Positions 46,396-56,162 of a DNA stretch of 64,000 nt are shown here, in pieces. Origin of the DNA: a virus; the IMG/VR virus record IMGVR_UViG_3300025789_001072, positions 32,001-96,000 of that record; one strand, written 5' to 3'. The notes under the pieces are model-generated. The model had not been told where the DNA came from. It saw only the letters and a list, made by a program, of their open reading frames with translations, and did not search any database. How positions within the stretch are numbered: the first letter of the stretch is position 1; every line of letters begins with the position of its first letter. The position numbers and the translations under genes are program-made.

Positions 46396-47903
46396 ACATT
46401 TAACGTTTCTAGTGCAGTTTGTTCAGCATTAGTCATATCGTCAAACTCAATCTCTGCTCGCTGTAATCTGCCCAACTGCCAATGTTTCCAATTTATATTA
46501 TCAGTATAGCCAGTATTTTGTGTTTTGTCAACTAAAATCCAACTATCGCCATTCCATTTATACAAGTTATTTGGTTCATTGGTTATAATAAAAAGTTGTC
46601 CAACATATGGCGTTATACCAGCCACACTTGGAAATTGTGGACCAACAATATCGGTATCAACATCAAGCAAGTATGCCTTATCATCAACGCCTGATTGTTC
46701 TTCACGTAAGATTTCATTTTCCGCATGAAGTCTATGAATTTCGTTGTTCTTTACATCTATTTCTTTTAACAACTGATCGAGTGCACCCGTTAAATCACCA
46801 ATGGTTTTTGTGTCATTGATTACTTCAACAGGAACTTCAACAATCTTTTCTACTTCTACAATCTTTTCTACTTCAACAATACGCTCAACAACGGTTATAG
46901 TTGGAACTTCTACTATCTTTTCAACGATTTGTTCTTCGTAGATAGGGACTGCTTGTGTAATCACACGTTCAATTACTTGCGGTTCACGATTGCGAAGTTC
47001 TTCTACTTCTGCTTGTAGGGCTTCTGCACGAACAATAGCATCATTATTGTAAACTGTAACTATTTTTTCAACAGGAACCTCTACAATCTTTTCAATATAT
47101 TCTACTGTGTTTTCTTCTTTAGGTTTACGCCACGACATACTCATGGTTGCACCCAACACAAGTGATACCGCAAGTGGATCAAAAACTGCTACAATAAAGA
47201 TAATAACCCAACGAACTGCTCGTTCAAGCAAGTTTTTGTCAACAGCATCACCGTATATCAATTGAGCAATATACTTGATTGGTCCAACTTCTGCTTCAAC
47301 TTTAAGTTGTGCCTGGTTAAGTTTTAACTTTTGGCTATTTAAATCCTGAATACGCTTGTTGGTATCATCAATTGTTTTGTTAGCCGCATCACGATCTTTC
47401 TTTTGACTATCACGAAGTTTGGTTGCCTGTGTGGTCAGCGTTGCTGTGCGGTTGTTGTCTTTAGTAGCATTTGATGCGCCACTGTTCAACAATCCATTAA
47501 CAGCATCATCCATTTGCGCAATAATCTTTTGATTATCTTTAATTCGTTGTTGTTCTACTGCAAGGTTTTGGTCAACCTGTTCAATGAGTAGCGTATTATC
47601 ACCTACCGAACTTGTAGTTTCAATGTGTGCACGTGATAGGAAACCAAAGATACCCATACTTGTAACAAACATTAGCACGATAACCGCAAGACTCAAGTAG
47701 TATTTGATAAAAAAATTTATCTTGTTCCAATTGCCATGCAACCATACTGTGGTAATAATCTTACCAACTTCTAACACGGTTCCCATAATGATAATAGGAA
47801 TAACTGCACCACTAAAGATGGCGGTTAAACCAGCAATACTATAATATGCTGCAACACCACTGATTGAGATGGCACTTAACAATGCTAAAATGTTTAGGAA
47901 CAT
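46392..47903 (-). CDS. multi-pass membrane coiled-coil protein with VEKIVEV repeats
   Basis: N-terminal TMs (AAYYSI.GL, TSMGIFGFLS), EVGPIKY, VFDPLA, repeated EKIVEV. Confidence 0.75.
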   Translation of the reverse strand: MFLNILALLSAISISGVAAYYSIAGLTAIFSGAVIPIIIMGTVLEVGKIITTVWLHGNWNKINFFIKYYLSLAVIVLMFVTSMGIFGFLSRAHIETTSSVGDNTLLIEQVDQNLAVEQQRIKDNQKIIAQMDDAVNGLLNSGASNATKDNNRTATLTTQATKLRDSQKKDRDAANKTIDDTNKRIQDLNSQKLKLNQAQLKVEAEVGPIKYIAQLIYGDAVDKNLLERAVRWVIIFIVAVFDPLAVSLVLGATMSMSWRKPKEENTVEYIEKIVEVPVEKIVTVYNNDAIVRAEALQAEVEELRNREPQVIERVITQAVPIYEEQIVEKIVEVPTITVVERIVEVEKIVEVEKIVEVPVEVINDTKTIGDLTGALDQLLKEIDVKNNEIHRLHAENEILREEQSGVDDKAYLLDVDTDIVGPQFPSVAGITPYVGQLFIITNEPNNLYKWNGDSWILVDKTQNTGYTDNINWKHWQLGRLQRAEIEFDDMTNAEQTALETLNV

Positions 47904-48280
47904 TATATATTTACCTTGTTTTCAACCACATACCAACCAATTTTTTTAAAATCTTCACGAATCTCTTCGTCAACCATACCTTCGGAAATGTAGTTAGTAT
48001 CATCGTTAAAACTTGCTGTATAGTAACGCATATAATCACCGCTGAAAGAACCATCATATAAACCAGCAGCAATACCGCCCGCATGACGCCACGAGCAAGA
48101 CCAGTGGTCTGCTGCCAAGATTGATAGCACTTCTGCCTTTATAAATTCATTATTGCAGAGTGTAGCATAAAGATGCTGACAATATGTGTCATTATTTCGT
48201 GCTTTATCACGAATATACTGACTATAAAATAAATCTGCTTCAAGGTTTGGTTTAGGTTGATCAGTCATAATACGCTCCAT
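47903..48280 (-). CDS. conserved phage hypothetical protein
   Basis: LYATLCNNEF, WSCSWR and EGMV motifs. Confidence 0.7.
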   Translation of the reverse strand: MERIMTDQPKPNLEADLFYSQYIRDKARNNDTYCQHLYATLCNNEFIKAEVLSILAADHWSCSWRHAGGIAAGLYDGSFSGDYMRYYTASFNDDTNYISEGMVDEEIREDFKKIGWYVVENKVNI

Positions 48281-48353
48281 GAATATTTAATCTATCACAC
48301 ACCAAGCCATGTAGCAATATTAAAATAAATATTGTAAAGGGAGAAAATCAACC

Positions 48354-49112
48354 ATGTTAAAAGACCAAAGCCTACCCGAATTAGCCGTTACTATGGCAGA
48401 ATTAGCAAGCGCAGCCTATCAAGATGACAATAAAGCCATCTATGCTGCTCTTGGATTTAAGAAATATAAATTTTTAGATAATGAAGGCGCACAAGGGCAT
48501 GTTGCTGCAAGTGATAGCGAAGTAATTGTTTCTTGCCGTGGAACACAACCTACACAGCCAAATGATTTACTTGCCGACCTTGATACTATTCCAAAGCGTC
48601 ACGGCAAAGGATGGGTTCATGAAGGTTTCCGTCGTGAAGCACGTAAAATTCTTGACCAAGTTTTAGATTGGGCAGCGAAGAATAAGGGCAAAGACATTTA
48701 TGTTACTGGTCACAGTCTTGGTGCTGCAATGGCACTTTATATTACCCAAGAACTAGAATTTGCTGGATATCCACCAACGAAACTTATGACCTTTGGACAG
48801 CCTCGTCTTGGAAATGCTGATTATGTGTCGGACATTAAAACTGACCACTATCGTTTTGTAAATTGTAATGATATGGTTACGCATGTGCCACCGCCAGTGT
48901 TGCTATTCAAGCATCATGGACAACTATGCTATATCAACTTCTATGGCAACATTCGTCCACTAAGCCGTTATCAACGCTTTAAGGATAGCATGAGAGCGCA
49001 TTGGCGTTGTTGGAAGAAAGGTCAATTGTTTGATGGACTATATGACCACAACATGGGTCTTTATATTGAAAAGTTGACCAATATTCGTGATACTGGTCAA
49101 AGTATTAATTAA
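48354..49112 (+). CDS. lipase class 3
   Basis: RGT, VHEGF, VTGHSLG, TFGQPR and D.V..VP motifs plus a distal DH. Confidence 0.9.
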   Translation: MLKDQSLPELAVTMAELASAAYQDDNKAIYAALGFKKYKFLDNEGAQGHVAASDSEVIVSCRGTQPTQPNDLLADLDTIPKRHGKGWVHEGFRREARKILDQVLDWAAKNKGKDIYVTGHSLGAAMALYITQELEFAGYPPTKLMTFGQPRLGNADYVSDIKTDHYRFVNCNDMVTHVPPPVLLFKHHGQLCYINFYGNIRPLSRYQRFKDSMRAHWRCWKKGQLFDGLYDHNMGLYIEKLTNIRDTGQSIN

Positions 49113-49579
49113 TTTGCATCCGTATAAAACCAGTGGTGTCCTATCTTTCTAATAAACTTGAACTGTTTGTTCTTAAAAGGTTTATTATTAAAGTATAGAG
49201 CACCGCCGGTTGGATCAACCATATAGGTTGAATACAACACCATCATCGCAATGCTATAAAAATCATTGCGTTCATCTACCTTATCTATTGGCTTAAATGG
49301 AAAGCAAATAAAAGTAAACTGGCAATCCATACCATGTTTTTCATAAACAATCTTACATGGTGAGTTAGGAAACTTACCACTTTGCAATCTGTTACGAACT
49401 ACCCAAGCAATAGCAACTTGTCCCTGATAGTCTTCGCCACGAGCCTCATTGTAAACGGCTTGAGCAACACACTCGCTAGGATTTTCCACAACAATAGGTT
49501 TTTGGGGTTTGGGGTCTTTGGCTAAAACAGGATAACTCACTGTTAAGAGCAGCGCCAAAGAGATTAAAAATTTTTTCAT
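49109..49579 (-). CDS. SleB-like cell wall hydrolase (Hydrolase_2) with signal peptide
   Basis: AVYNEARGE, VVRNR, QF, DPTGGALYF and IGHHWFY motifs; start refined to MKKFL. Confidence 0.88.
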   Translation of the reverse strand: MKKFLISLALLLTVSYPVLAKDPKPQKPIVVENPSECVAQAVYNEARGEDYQGQVAIAWVVRNRLQSGKFPNSPCKIVYEKHGMDCQFTFICFPFKPIDKVDERNDFYSIAMMVLYSTYMVDPTGGALYFNNKPFKNKQFKFIRKIGHHWFYTDAN

Positions 49580-49590
49580 CGCCCTCAATA

Positions 49591-49902
49591 AAAAAGTGCA
49601 ACTTTTCTGTTTCGAGGTAAGTTGCCAACCCAAGAAATTAAGCTACTAGAGCCATTTCAATTAATGCATTATCGTTAGCATTTATTACGTTTACTAACAT
49701 CTACTCAAAACCTTTACTACACCTGTCGATCCTAATTGCCGCCCATCAAAGATACACCGTCATGGACTCAAACCATAATAGCATTAGAGTTAACTAATCT
49801 ATGTATCATACCCCACGTCTGGGCAGTGTATCTATGGTGGACGGCGAGAGAATTGCACTCTCGTCCAGCATGTTTATTCTGTTTTGCCTCAACAATATTA
49901 GT
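49591..49902 (-). ncRNA. ssrA: circularly permuted (two-piece) tmRNA
   Basis: acceptor piece first (T arm GAGAG-TGCAATT-CTCTC, GCCGTCC-A-CCA ending at 49835), 90-nt spacer, coding piece starting GGGCGGC at 49744 (G3.U70 pair), tag frame 49679-49638 ANDNALIEMALVA*; outer ends approximate. Confidence 0.9.
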
Positions 49903-49906
49903 ATGT

Positions 49907-49937
49907 TATTTATAGCATAGGGAAAGGGTTATGTCAA
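49907..49937 (-). promoter_or_regulatory. composite sigma70 / T4-late-like promoter for the tmRNA
   Basis: TTGACA-N17-TATAAA, where the -10 box is a perfect TATAAATA. Confidence 0.75.
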
Positions 49938-49940
49938 GGG

Positions 49941-50753
49941 TTAAATTATTTTATCCCAACTATCCAGATCAGATAACATTTCGTGAAATATAATACCAGG
50001 ATGTTTACAATCTCTTGCAAATGATTTTTTCTCTTCCATTGTAGAAAATGCTATTTTTAATTTTTCTTCATTTACTGAAAACAAATTAATATTATTTTCA
50101 TATGCAATAAATTTTATAGCATTCCAATTTCTATGCCAAAATATCTGTTGTTCATCATCGCCTGAAAAATAATTTTGATATGCATATTCATAGAAAAACA
50201 TATTTTCTTTACTAAGATTATTTCTTTGAGAAAAATCATCAGTTAATACCCAATTACCAATGCCATCACTTTGTTGTTTTTTTCTAATAAATTCTCTACG
50301 ATTTTTAAATAGTCCCATTATATAAACATTCTTTTGTTTAATAACTGGTAACCATGCCGCCATTAAACGATACATTGTTTCAATCCCAGCACCAGATTGG
50401 CTAAGATTGTAAAAACACCCACCAATTTTTCTGTTAATTTTATATCCGCATGTATCTTCTATATTAATACCATTTCCTGCAAGTATACTGCATCCTAAAA
50501 AAACATTCCCTTCTTCTGGGTTTTCCAAATTAAAATTATCTGGTGTTCTAAATCCATAATTGTTATAGGAATATATTATCTCAGCATCTATCCAATTATT
50601 TTTTTCTAATAAAATTTTATTTTCTTTTAAATTTTTTTTATATGTCTCAATAGAATCTCTATTTGCATACTTTAAAATTTTATTTGATTCATTGTAACTA
50701 TATGAAAAATTATTGAAAAATTCTTTATCAGACATTTTTTGTTTGGTCGTCAA
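49941..50753 (-). CDS. SGNH-like hypothetical protein (AT-rich)
   Basis: YNNYGFR, FLGCS, NLSQSG and ARDCKHPG motifs. Confidence 0.6.
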   Translation of the reverse strand: MTTKQKMSDKEFFNNFSYSYNESNKILKYANRDSIETYKKNLKENKILLEKNNWIDAEIIYSYNNYGFRTPDNFNLENPEEGNVFLGCSILAGNGINIEDTCGYKINRKIGGCFYNLSQSGAGIETMYRLMAAWLPVIKQKNVYIMGLFKNRREFIRKKQQSDGIGNWVLTDDFSQRNNLSKENMFFYEYAYQNYFSGDDEQQIFWHRNWNAIKFIAYENNINLFSVNEEKLKIAFSTMEEKKSFARDCKHPGIIFHEMLSDLDSWDKII

Positions 50754-51570
50754 TATAGGCTAAGATTTGAAATGCTTCTGCGGGATTATCAAGACTTAAA
50801 CTGCTCTTGATGTTTGTTTTAAGACGACCTTGACAACGATAACCAGCATTTAATATCTTGATGGTTTCATTACCAATTTTTTTCACCACGCCACCATTTC
50901 GTCCAAGTCTAAATTCAATTTGGATTTGACCTTCAAATTTTGGCACGGGCAGATCGTATATGTTATCATTAAGGTAGAACAGACCAGCACCACCGATCTG
51001 AATATAATATACTTTTTTCAGATTATATGCTTTAGTGATGATCGATGTATCATTAAAATTAACTTTTTCACCAAGTGCTGCGAGTAAACCAGCACTTTTG
51101 GCATTATTCCATGCTTTGCTCGTAATTGCACCAATAGGAAAACTATCAATTCTGCTATGCATTTCCACGGGTTCTTGCTTTTGAACAAATTCGATATAGT
51201 CAATGATAGCTTGCTTCTTTGATTGCACCGCATTTAGAAAATATGGCTGCGCTTCATCATCAATAGTATCACTGTTTACTATCTCAGCCAGATCGGTTGC
51301 GGGATTATACCGAATACTGGTGCCGCCCATTTGCGCATCTTTATTTTTTTTAATCTCAATATTAAACGGTGCGCCATTAACTTGCAATTCAAGATCAATA
51401 CCTACGCTGCTATAACCAGCAGTGGCAAAGTTAAGATTGGTAAACTTAACACGGTCTTGAAAGTGTGGAATTACATGTTGCACAGATTTTACCACAGCAC
51501 TTTCATATTCTAAACCGCCTGAATTAATACTCATTTCGGTTATGCTTTCTGTGATCTCGTGAATCTTCAT
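50728..51570 (-). CDS. PD-(D/E)xK nuclease-like protein
   Basis: GLEYE...GIDL...IEIK and YYIQIGG.GL motifs; N-terminal MKIHEITE. Confidence 0.6.
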   Translation of the reverse strand: MKIHEITESITEMSINSGGLEYESAVVKSVQHVIPHFQDRVKFTNLNFATAGYSSVGIDLELQVNGAPFNIEIKKNKDAQMGGTSIRYNPATDLAEIVNSDTIDDEAQPYFLNAVQSKKQAIIDYIEFVQKQEPVEMHSRIDSFPIGAITSKAWNNAKSAGLLAALGEKVNFNDTSIITKAYNLKKVYYIQIGGAGLFYLNDNIYDLPVPKFEGQIQIEFRLGRNGGVVKKIGNETIKILNAGYRCQGRLKTNIKSSLSLDNPAEAFQILAYIDDQTKNV

Positions 51571-51614
51571 GGTATGTTATTTATAGCCCTAAAGTTATAA
51601 CTTGTCAAGCGTTT

Positions 51615-54600
51615 TCAATGGCGCTTCGGTGAAGTATAATCACCATCTGGACCACTGCCGCCCCACGCATTAACATCATTACGATCCATCGCAGTATTGG
51701 TATTGTTAAGGATTGTGGTAAAGAATGCACGTAGTTTATCCAAGAATCCACCAAGTGCAACACTTCCTAACAATGTTTGTTTGAGTGCATCAATGTTGTG
51801 CGGCGTAAGTTGACCTAACATTTCCAACATACCATATACCATTTGATCAGTAAAGAATGGAGTTTCATACTTGGTAGTTCCGATATCACCATACAACATT
51901 TTGTTAAGAACGCTTAGCATGGTTCCTACAAATAACTGGTTATTGTTTAACAGCAAACCATTTTGATCCATTGTAGCAAATAGATTTTGACTACGATCAA
52001 GTCCAACCACATAACATTTATTGCCGATTACCAAGATATTACGATTAACTGCTTCTTGTAACATGTTAAGACCGATGTTCTCAAGAACTGCAGGTGACGT
52101 TGATATCCAACGCAAATCATAATACTTCTCATCTGCTTGTGCTGGCAACATAACAGTTGGATCATAACCATTATCAATTAACGTTTGATTACGCATTTCA
52201 ATATACAAATCTTGTGGAGTTTGTGGAATAATTTGGTCTACAAGTTGTGATGGTGTAAGTGGTAGGTTTCCTGTATAAGCATCCATATAGAAGCCCATTG
52301 GATCACGATAGTATTGACTATGTGGTAACTGGAATCTATCTGTTTGAATACCAAGTGGCTCTAATGCAGCAGCATTACGCCCCATGCGCATTGCAGCCTT
52401 GATACTATCACCATAAATGTTATTACTGGCAACTTGTTCAATATAGTGTCCAATTTTACCGTAACCATTATCATTGCCAGCGCCAGATAAACCTGCAGCA
52501 AACACATAAGCAGTAACAGGAGTATTTGAACTATTCTCGAACAGGTTCATGTTATAAGTTTGGATAAAATGATTTTCTTTGAGTATCTGTGCACAACTTG
52601 CAGCATGTGCAGTTTCTGCTGCTTGAATAATTGCCTGAATAGTTGGATCACTGATGTTCTTGATAACGGTTAACTGTGCTTCCACATACGTTATTGCTGC
52701 CAATACTGCAGCATCAAGTGTAGTAAATGAACCTAAGTCTGGAACAATAATAACATCAGCCACTGCGGGTGATCCACTATTTGAATCAGCAGGTGAACCT
52801 GGCACATAGTAAGTGCCGCCAACCAATGACTGTAGAACACCGATACGGCGAGTTAGTTCTTGTCCTTCTGGTCTTGCAGCAATTACTGTATTTGCATCAA
52901 TAATATATGGCAAGGTATCATTATGAACATAACCACCAGCAGTTCCAATAAAATCTGCAGTGGTAATTTCACCCAGTGTACCACCGCCATAACCAAATGT
53001 TTGCATAAGACTGTTTGCTGCAGTGGAAGTAATAGGAGTTGGATTTTGGCTCAAGTATTGTAGGTTTAGACCAGGATCAACCTTAGCAAATGCAGTGCCA
53101 TAATCACTAAATGTTTGTCCCTTTGTCATACCGAGAGAAATAAACTGTTGTCCAAGATCACTGAAACTTTGACTTGGACTACTTTGCGCTAGGTTGGGAC
53201 ACATATGAGCGAAATCTGTTAATTGTCCAAGATTTTGCAGCGGCTTGGTAATATTAAATTGTGAACTTACTGCGCCAATGGCATTGGTATCAGTAATTGA
53301 ATTAAGTATGGCTTTAACTGGTGCGTCATGCAGTGGATTATCAATGCCAGCAACAGGTAGACCTGCACTCACAAGACTAGAAGTTAGCCCCGTAACACCA
53401 CCCAATCCTGCATTTAGTATTTGATTAGCAACATTAGCGGGTTGTTGTAAACGTAGCAGCGATGAGGTGTCCATGTTTCCAAGACCTAACATATCACTAG
53501 CAGCACCGCCGACATCTCTGGTAACTGATGTTAGCCCATAACTTATAAGATCATTATTATTTCTTATATTAGCACCAAGACCATTTATGCCATTTCCAAA
53601 TTGTTGTGCAACAGCTTCGGCAGTAGCGCCAACAACATTGTTTGCAATACCACTATAAGCACTTGCCATACCAATATTATTGACAAAGTTGTTCATGTTT
53701 CCGCTGCCGCCGCCAACCATATTTTGTGCAACAGTTTGAATCATTCCATTCAATCCGCCAGCAGCACCAAATTGCTGAATTGCATTTGGAAATGGACTAT
53801 CTTTCAAAACACCATTTAGTGGACCTAATAAATTACCTACAACGCCTTGTGTAACATTGCCTACGACGCCATTTAACATGCCATTGACGCCGCCTCGCAG
53901 ACCGCCAACGATTGCACTGTTAACAAGTCCGTTTATTCCACCTGGCAGAACACCAGTTAAACTTGGTAGAATGTTAGCACCCATTTGACTTAGTGCCTGA
54001 AATGCGCCGCCACTGATACTATTGAGTGCAGTTGCTATTAATCCGCCAGCACCACCAGCAAAGTTACCAACAGCACTACTAATTACGTTACTAATACCAC
54101 CAGTTGCTGCATTCATCGCAGCATTAACTATATTGCCACCACCGCTCATGACAGCAGATGCTAAACCTGTGATTGGGCTTGCACCAACTGCTTTTGTTAC
54201 AGCATCAAGAACACTGTTTACTCCCATTGCACCACCAACAGCAGCCGAAGCCATTGCCATCAATCCAGCAGGTGATAAACCAGCAGCAGCACAACCTGCG
54301 CCACCAAAACTAGTTCCGCCGCTATTTGTTCCCTCTACTGCACCATTGCCTTTTGGCGGTGTGCGATTAGATGTAGGTACACCGCTTGTATCTAAGCCTG
54401 CACCTTTAGCAAGACCAGCGCCACCAGCATATTGTCCTTCAATATGATTGATTGCATCGCCTGTTGTTCCATTTAGATCAACACCGTTGACCGCAAGATT
54501 ATGTTGAAGACTCGGAGATAATGAACTAATTGGTGTGCTTGGATCACTGTTAAACAACGCATGCGCACCACCACTGCCTTGCTGATAGATTACATAGGCT

Positions 54601-54875
54601 TCGGATGGAGTATATCCTGCTGCTTGTTGTGCAGCAAAAAAGTTACTAGCAGCAGAAATGTTGTCATCTGGGTTTACTGTGCTACCGCCAGGATTCCATT
54701 GTGACATGAATCCTTGAGTTTGTTGTAACGGACCTTTAATGCCCGTGCTACTGGTTGCATTTGGATCACCACTTGGATTTTCTACACCAAGTAGCGCAGC
54801 ACCAGCGCCCGCTGGTAATCCTTTGGCCTGAAAGGCTGCATCAACTTTTGAACCAAAATTTGCATTATATGCCAT
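51615..54875 (-). CDS. large virion (baseplate/tail) protein with N-terminal lysozyme-like domain and Gly-rich region
   Basis: LGVENPSGDPNATSSTGIKGPLQ (transglycosylase-like Glu motif), long G/A/N-rich stretch; downstream of PAAR. Confidence 0.6.
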   Translation of the reverse strand: MAYNANFGSKVDAAFQAKGLPAGAGAALLGVENPSGDPNATSSTGIKGPLQQTQGFMSQWNPGGSTVNPDDNISAASNFFAAQQAAGYTPSEAYVIYQQGSGGAHALFNSDPSTPISSLSPSLQHNLAVNGVDLNGTTGDAINHIEGQYAGGAGLAKGAGLDTSGVPTSNRTPPKGNGAVEGTNSGGTSFGGAGCAAAGLSPAGLMAMASAAVGGAMGVNSVLDAVTKAVGASPITGLASAVMSGGGNIVNAAMNAATGGISNVISSAVGNFAGGAGGLIATALNSISGGAFQALSQMGANILPSLTGVLPGGINGLVNSAIVGGLRGGVNGMLNGVVGNVTQGVVGNLLGPLNGVLKDSPFPNAIQQFGAAGGLNGMIQTVAQNMVGGGSGNMNNFVNNIGMASAYSGIANNVVGATAEAVAQQFGNGINGLGANIRNNNDLISYGLTSVTRDVGGAASDMLGLGNMDTSSLLRLQQPANVANQILNAGLGGVTGLTSSLVSAGLPVAGIDNPLHDAPVKAILNSITDTNAIGAVSSQFNITKPLQNLGQLTDFAHMCPNLAQSSPSQSFSDLGQQFISLGMTKGQTFSDYGTAFAKVDPGLNLQYLSQNPTPITSTAANSLMQTFGYGGGTLGEITTADFIGTAGGYVHNDTLPYIIDANTVIAARPEGQELTRRIGVLQSLVGGTYYVPGSPADSNSGSPAVADVIIVPDLGSFTTLDAAVLAAITYVEAQLTVIKNISDPTIQAIIQAAETAHAASCAQILKENHFIQTYNMNLFENSSNTPVTAYVFAAGLSGAGNDNGYGKIGHYIEQVASNNIYGDSIKAAMRMGRNAAALEPLGIQTDRFQLPHSQYYRDPMGFYMDAYTGNLPLTPSQLVDQIIPQTPQDLYIEMRNQTLIDNGYDPTVMLPAQADEKYYDLRWISTSPAVLENIGLNMLQEAVNRNILVIGNKCYVVGLDRSQNLFATMDQNGLLLNNNQLFVGTMLSVLNKMLYGDIGTTKYETPFFTDQMVYGMLEMLGQLTPHNIDALKQTLLGSVALGGFLDKLRAFFTTILNNTNTAMDRNDVNAWGGSGPDGDYTSPKRH

Positions 54876-54887
54876 CTATTTTTATTC

Positions 54888-56162
54888 CTAGTTCTTCTGT
54901 ACTTTATAAACTATAGGTGTAAATGGTGCATCAATAGGTTCATCACTTTCAACTTTAGCATTTAACAAACCTGGTATAGCAATAGGAGCACCTGTTGCAC
55001 TTAGTTTCTTTAATTTTAGTGGAGGCAATCGTAAATTTTGATCTTGATTGATACCTAAGTTATTGTTATTGCTATCTTTTAAGGTATCTAGTGCAGATTT
55101 TTGATTTAGATATTGAGTAGCATCGCTGTGATAATCGGTAACTCGTGGCACATTTACACCTATGGCAGTTGCAAATTGATGAACTCTGCTATTCGCAATA
55201 AGTGCATTTGCATTGTTAGCATATATTAATGGATCGCTATCTGCAAGGTTTTGTATAAAATGAGAATTATATAAACTATTGCGAACATTTGTTGCATCTG
55301 TTCCAAATGCACGATGTTCAGTATCAAAATCACCAACGCTAAAGAAATCACCTGAGATGTTCAAGCCAGCATTGCCATATACATATGAATTTAGTAGTGC
55401 TGCGTTTGTAGTTTTAGTTGGCGCTAGATTTGGATCAAGATAGACATTTGCACGGGCGGTTGTATTCGTAAACACACTTGCTGGCAAATCAACTAATTGT
55501 CCAGTTACGCTATCACGAATTGGTGGATGATACTTGTGAACAAAACTTGCGCCTGGTATTAAACCACTCGTAGCCCATGAAAATAAATTACTGTTAAGTT
55601 GATCTAACTTAGGGTTAGTATTGACATCGCTATATGATGTTCCAAAAAGAGTAGTACTGTAAACTACAGGTGATTGTTTGTAAAATACCGTATTAGATAC
55701 ATTTGCCGCACTATTAGAATTTAATAGAATAACATTATTATCTATAACCATTTCTACGGTGCCAAGATATAGATTAGCACTATTTGTTGTAGAATTTGGT
55801 TGATAGATTGCATCACCATATTTTAAGTTTGAGATAAATGCCGTATTATTTCCAAATACCATGTTAGTGATATTACTTGCTGTAATATTACCAATACAAT
55901 TATAACTGTATGCTATAGTATTTGCAGTAAATGCGGCTACTTTATAACTTGCACTATTAACAGCAAGATTAGCATTTGCTCGTAAAGTTATGGCAGTATT
56001 GCTTGTTACATAACCAACATAACCAATAAACACATTACCAACGTTAGCAATGATACTGCCTGGCATATAGTTTGTAAAAGTAGTTCCACTACCAATAACA
56101 TTGGCATTAGTGCTAAATGTTGTGATAGTTCCACTGCCAGAGATAAAACTTCCAACAGGCAT
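54888..56162 (-). CDS. virion structural protein (fibre/baseplate-like)
   Basis: Asn/Thr-rich beta repeats (GSGTTFT, VFGNNTAF); coupled to the PAAR gene. Confidence 0.65.
   Translation of the reverse strand: MPVGSFISGSGTITTFSTNANVIGSGTTFTNYMPGSIIANVGNVFIGYVGYVTSNTAITLRANANLAVNSASYKVAAFTANTIAYSYNCIGNITASNITNMVFGNNTAFISNLKYGDAIYQPNSTTNSANLYLGTVEMVIDNNVILLNSNSAANVSNTVFYKQSPVVYSTTLFGTSYSDVNTNPKLDQLNSNLFSWATSGLIPGASFVHKYHPPIRDSVTGQLVDLPASVFTNTTARANVYLDPNLAPTKTTNAALLNSYVYGNAGLNISGDFFSVGDFDTEHRAFGTDATNVRNSLYNSHFIQNLADSDPLIYANNANALIANSRVHQFATAIGVNVPRVTDYHSDATQYLNQKSALDTLKDSNNNNLGINQDQNLRLPPLKLKKLSATGAPIAIPGLLNAKVESDEPIDAPFTPIVYKVQKN

Noticed and set aside
46820-47105. Short DNA repeats
   Set aside because: Explained by EKIVEV peptide repeats within the coding sequence
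49580-49633. N-terminal extension of the SleB-like ORF
   Set aside because: Overlaps the tmRNA 3' end; the signal peptide starts at the ATG at 49579
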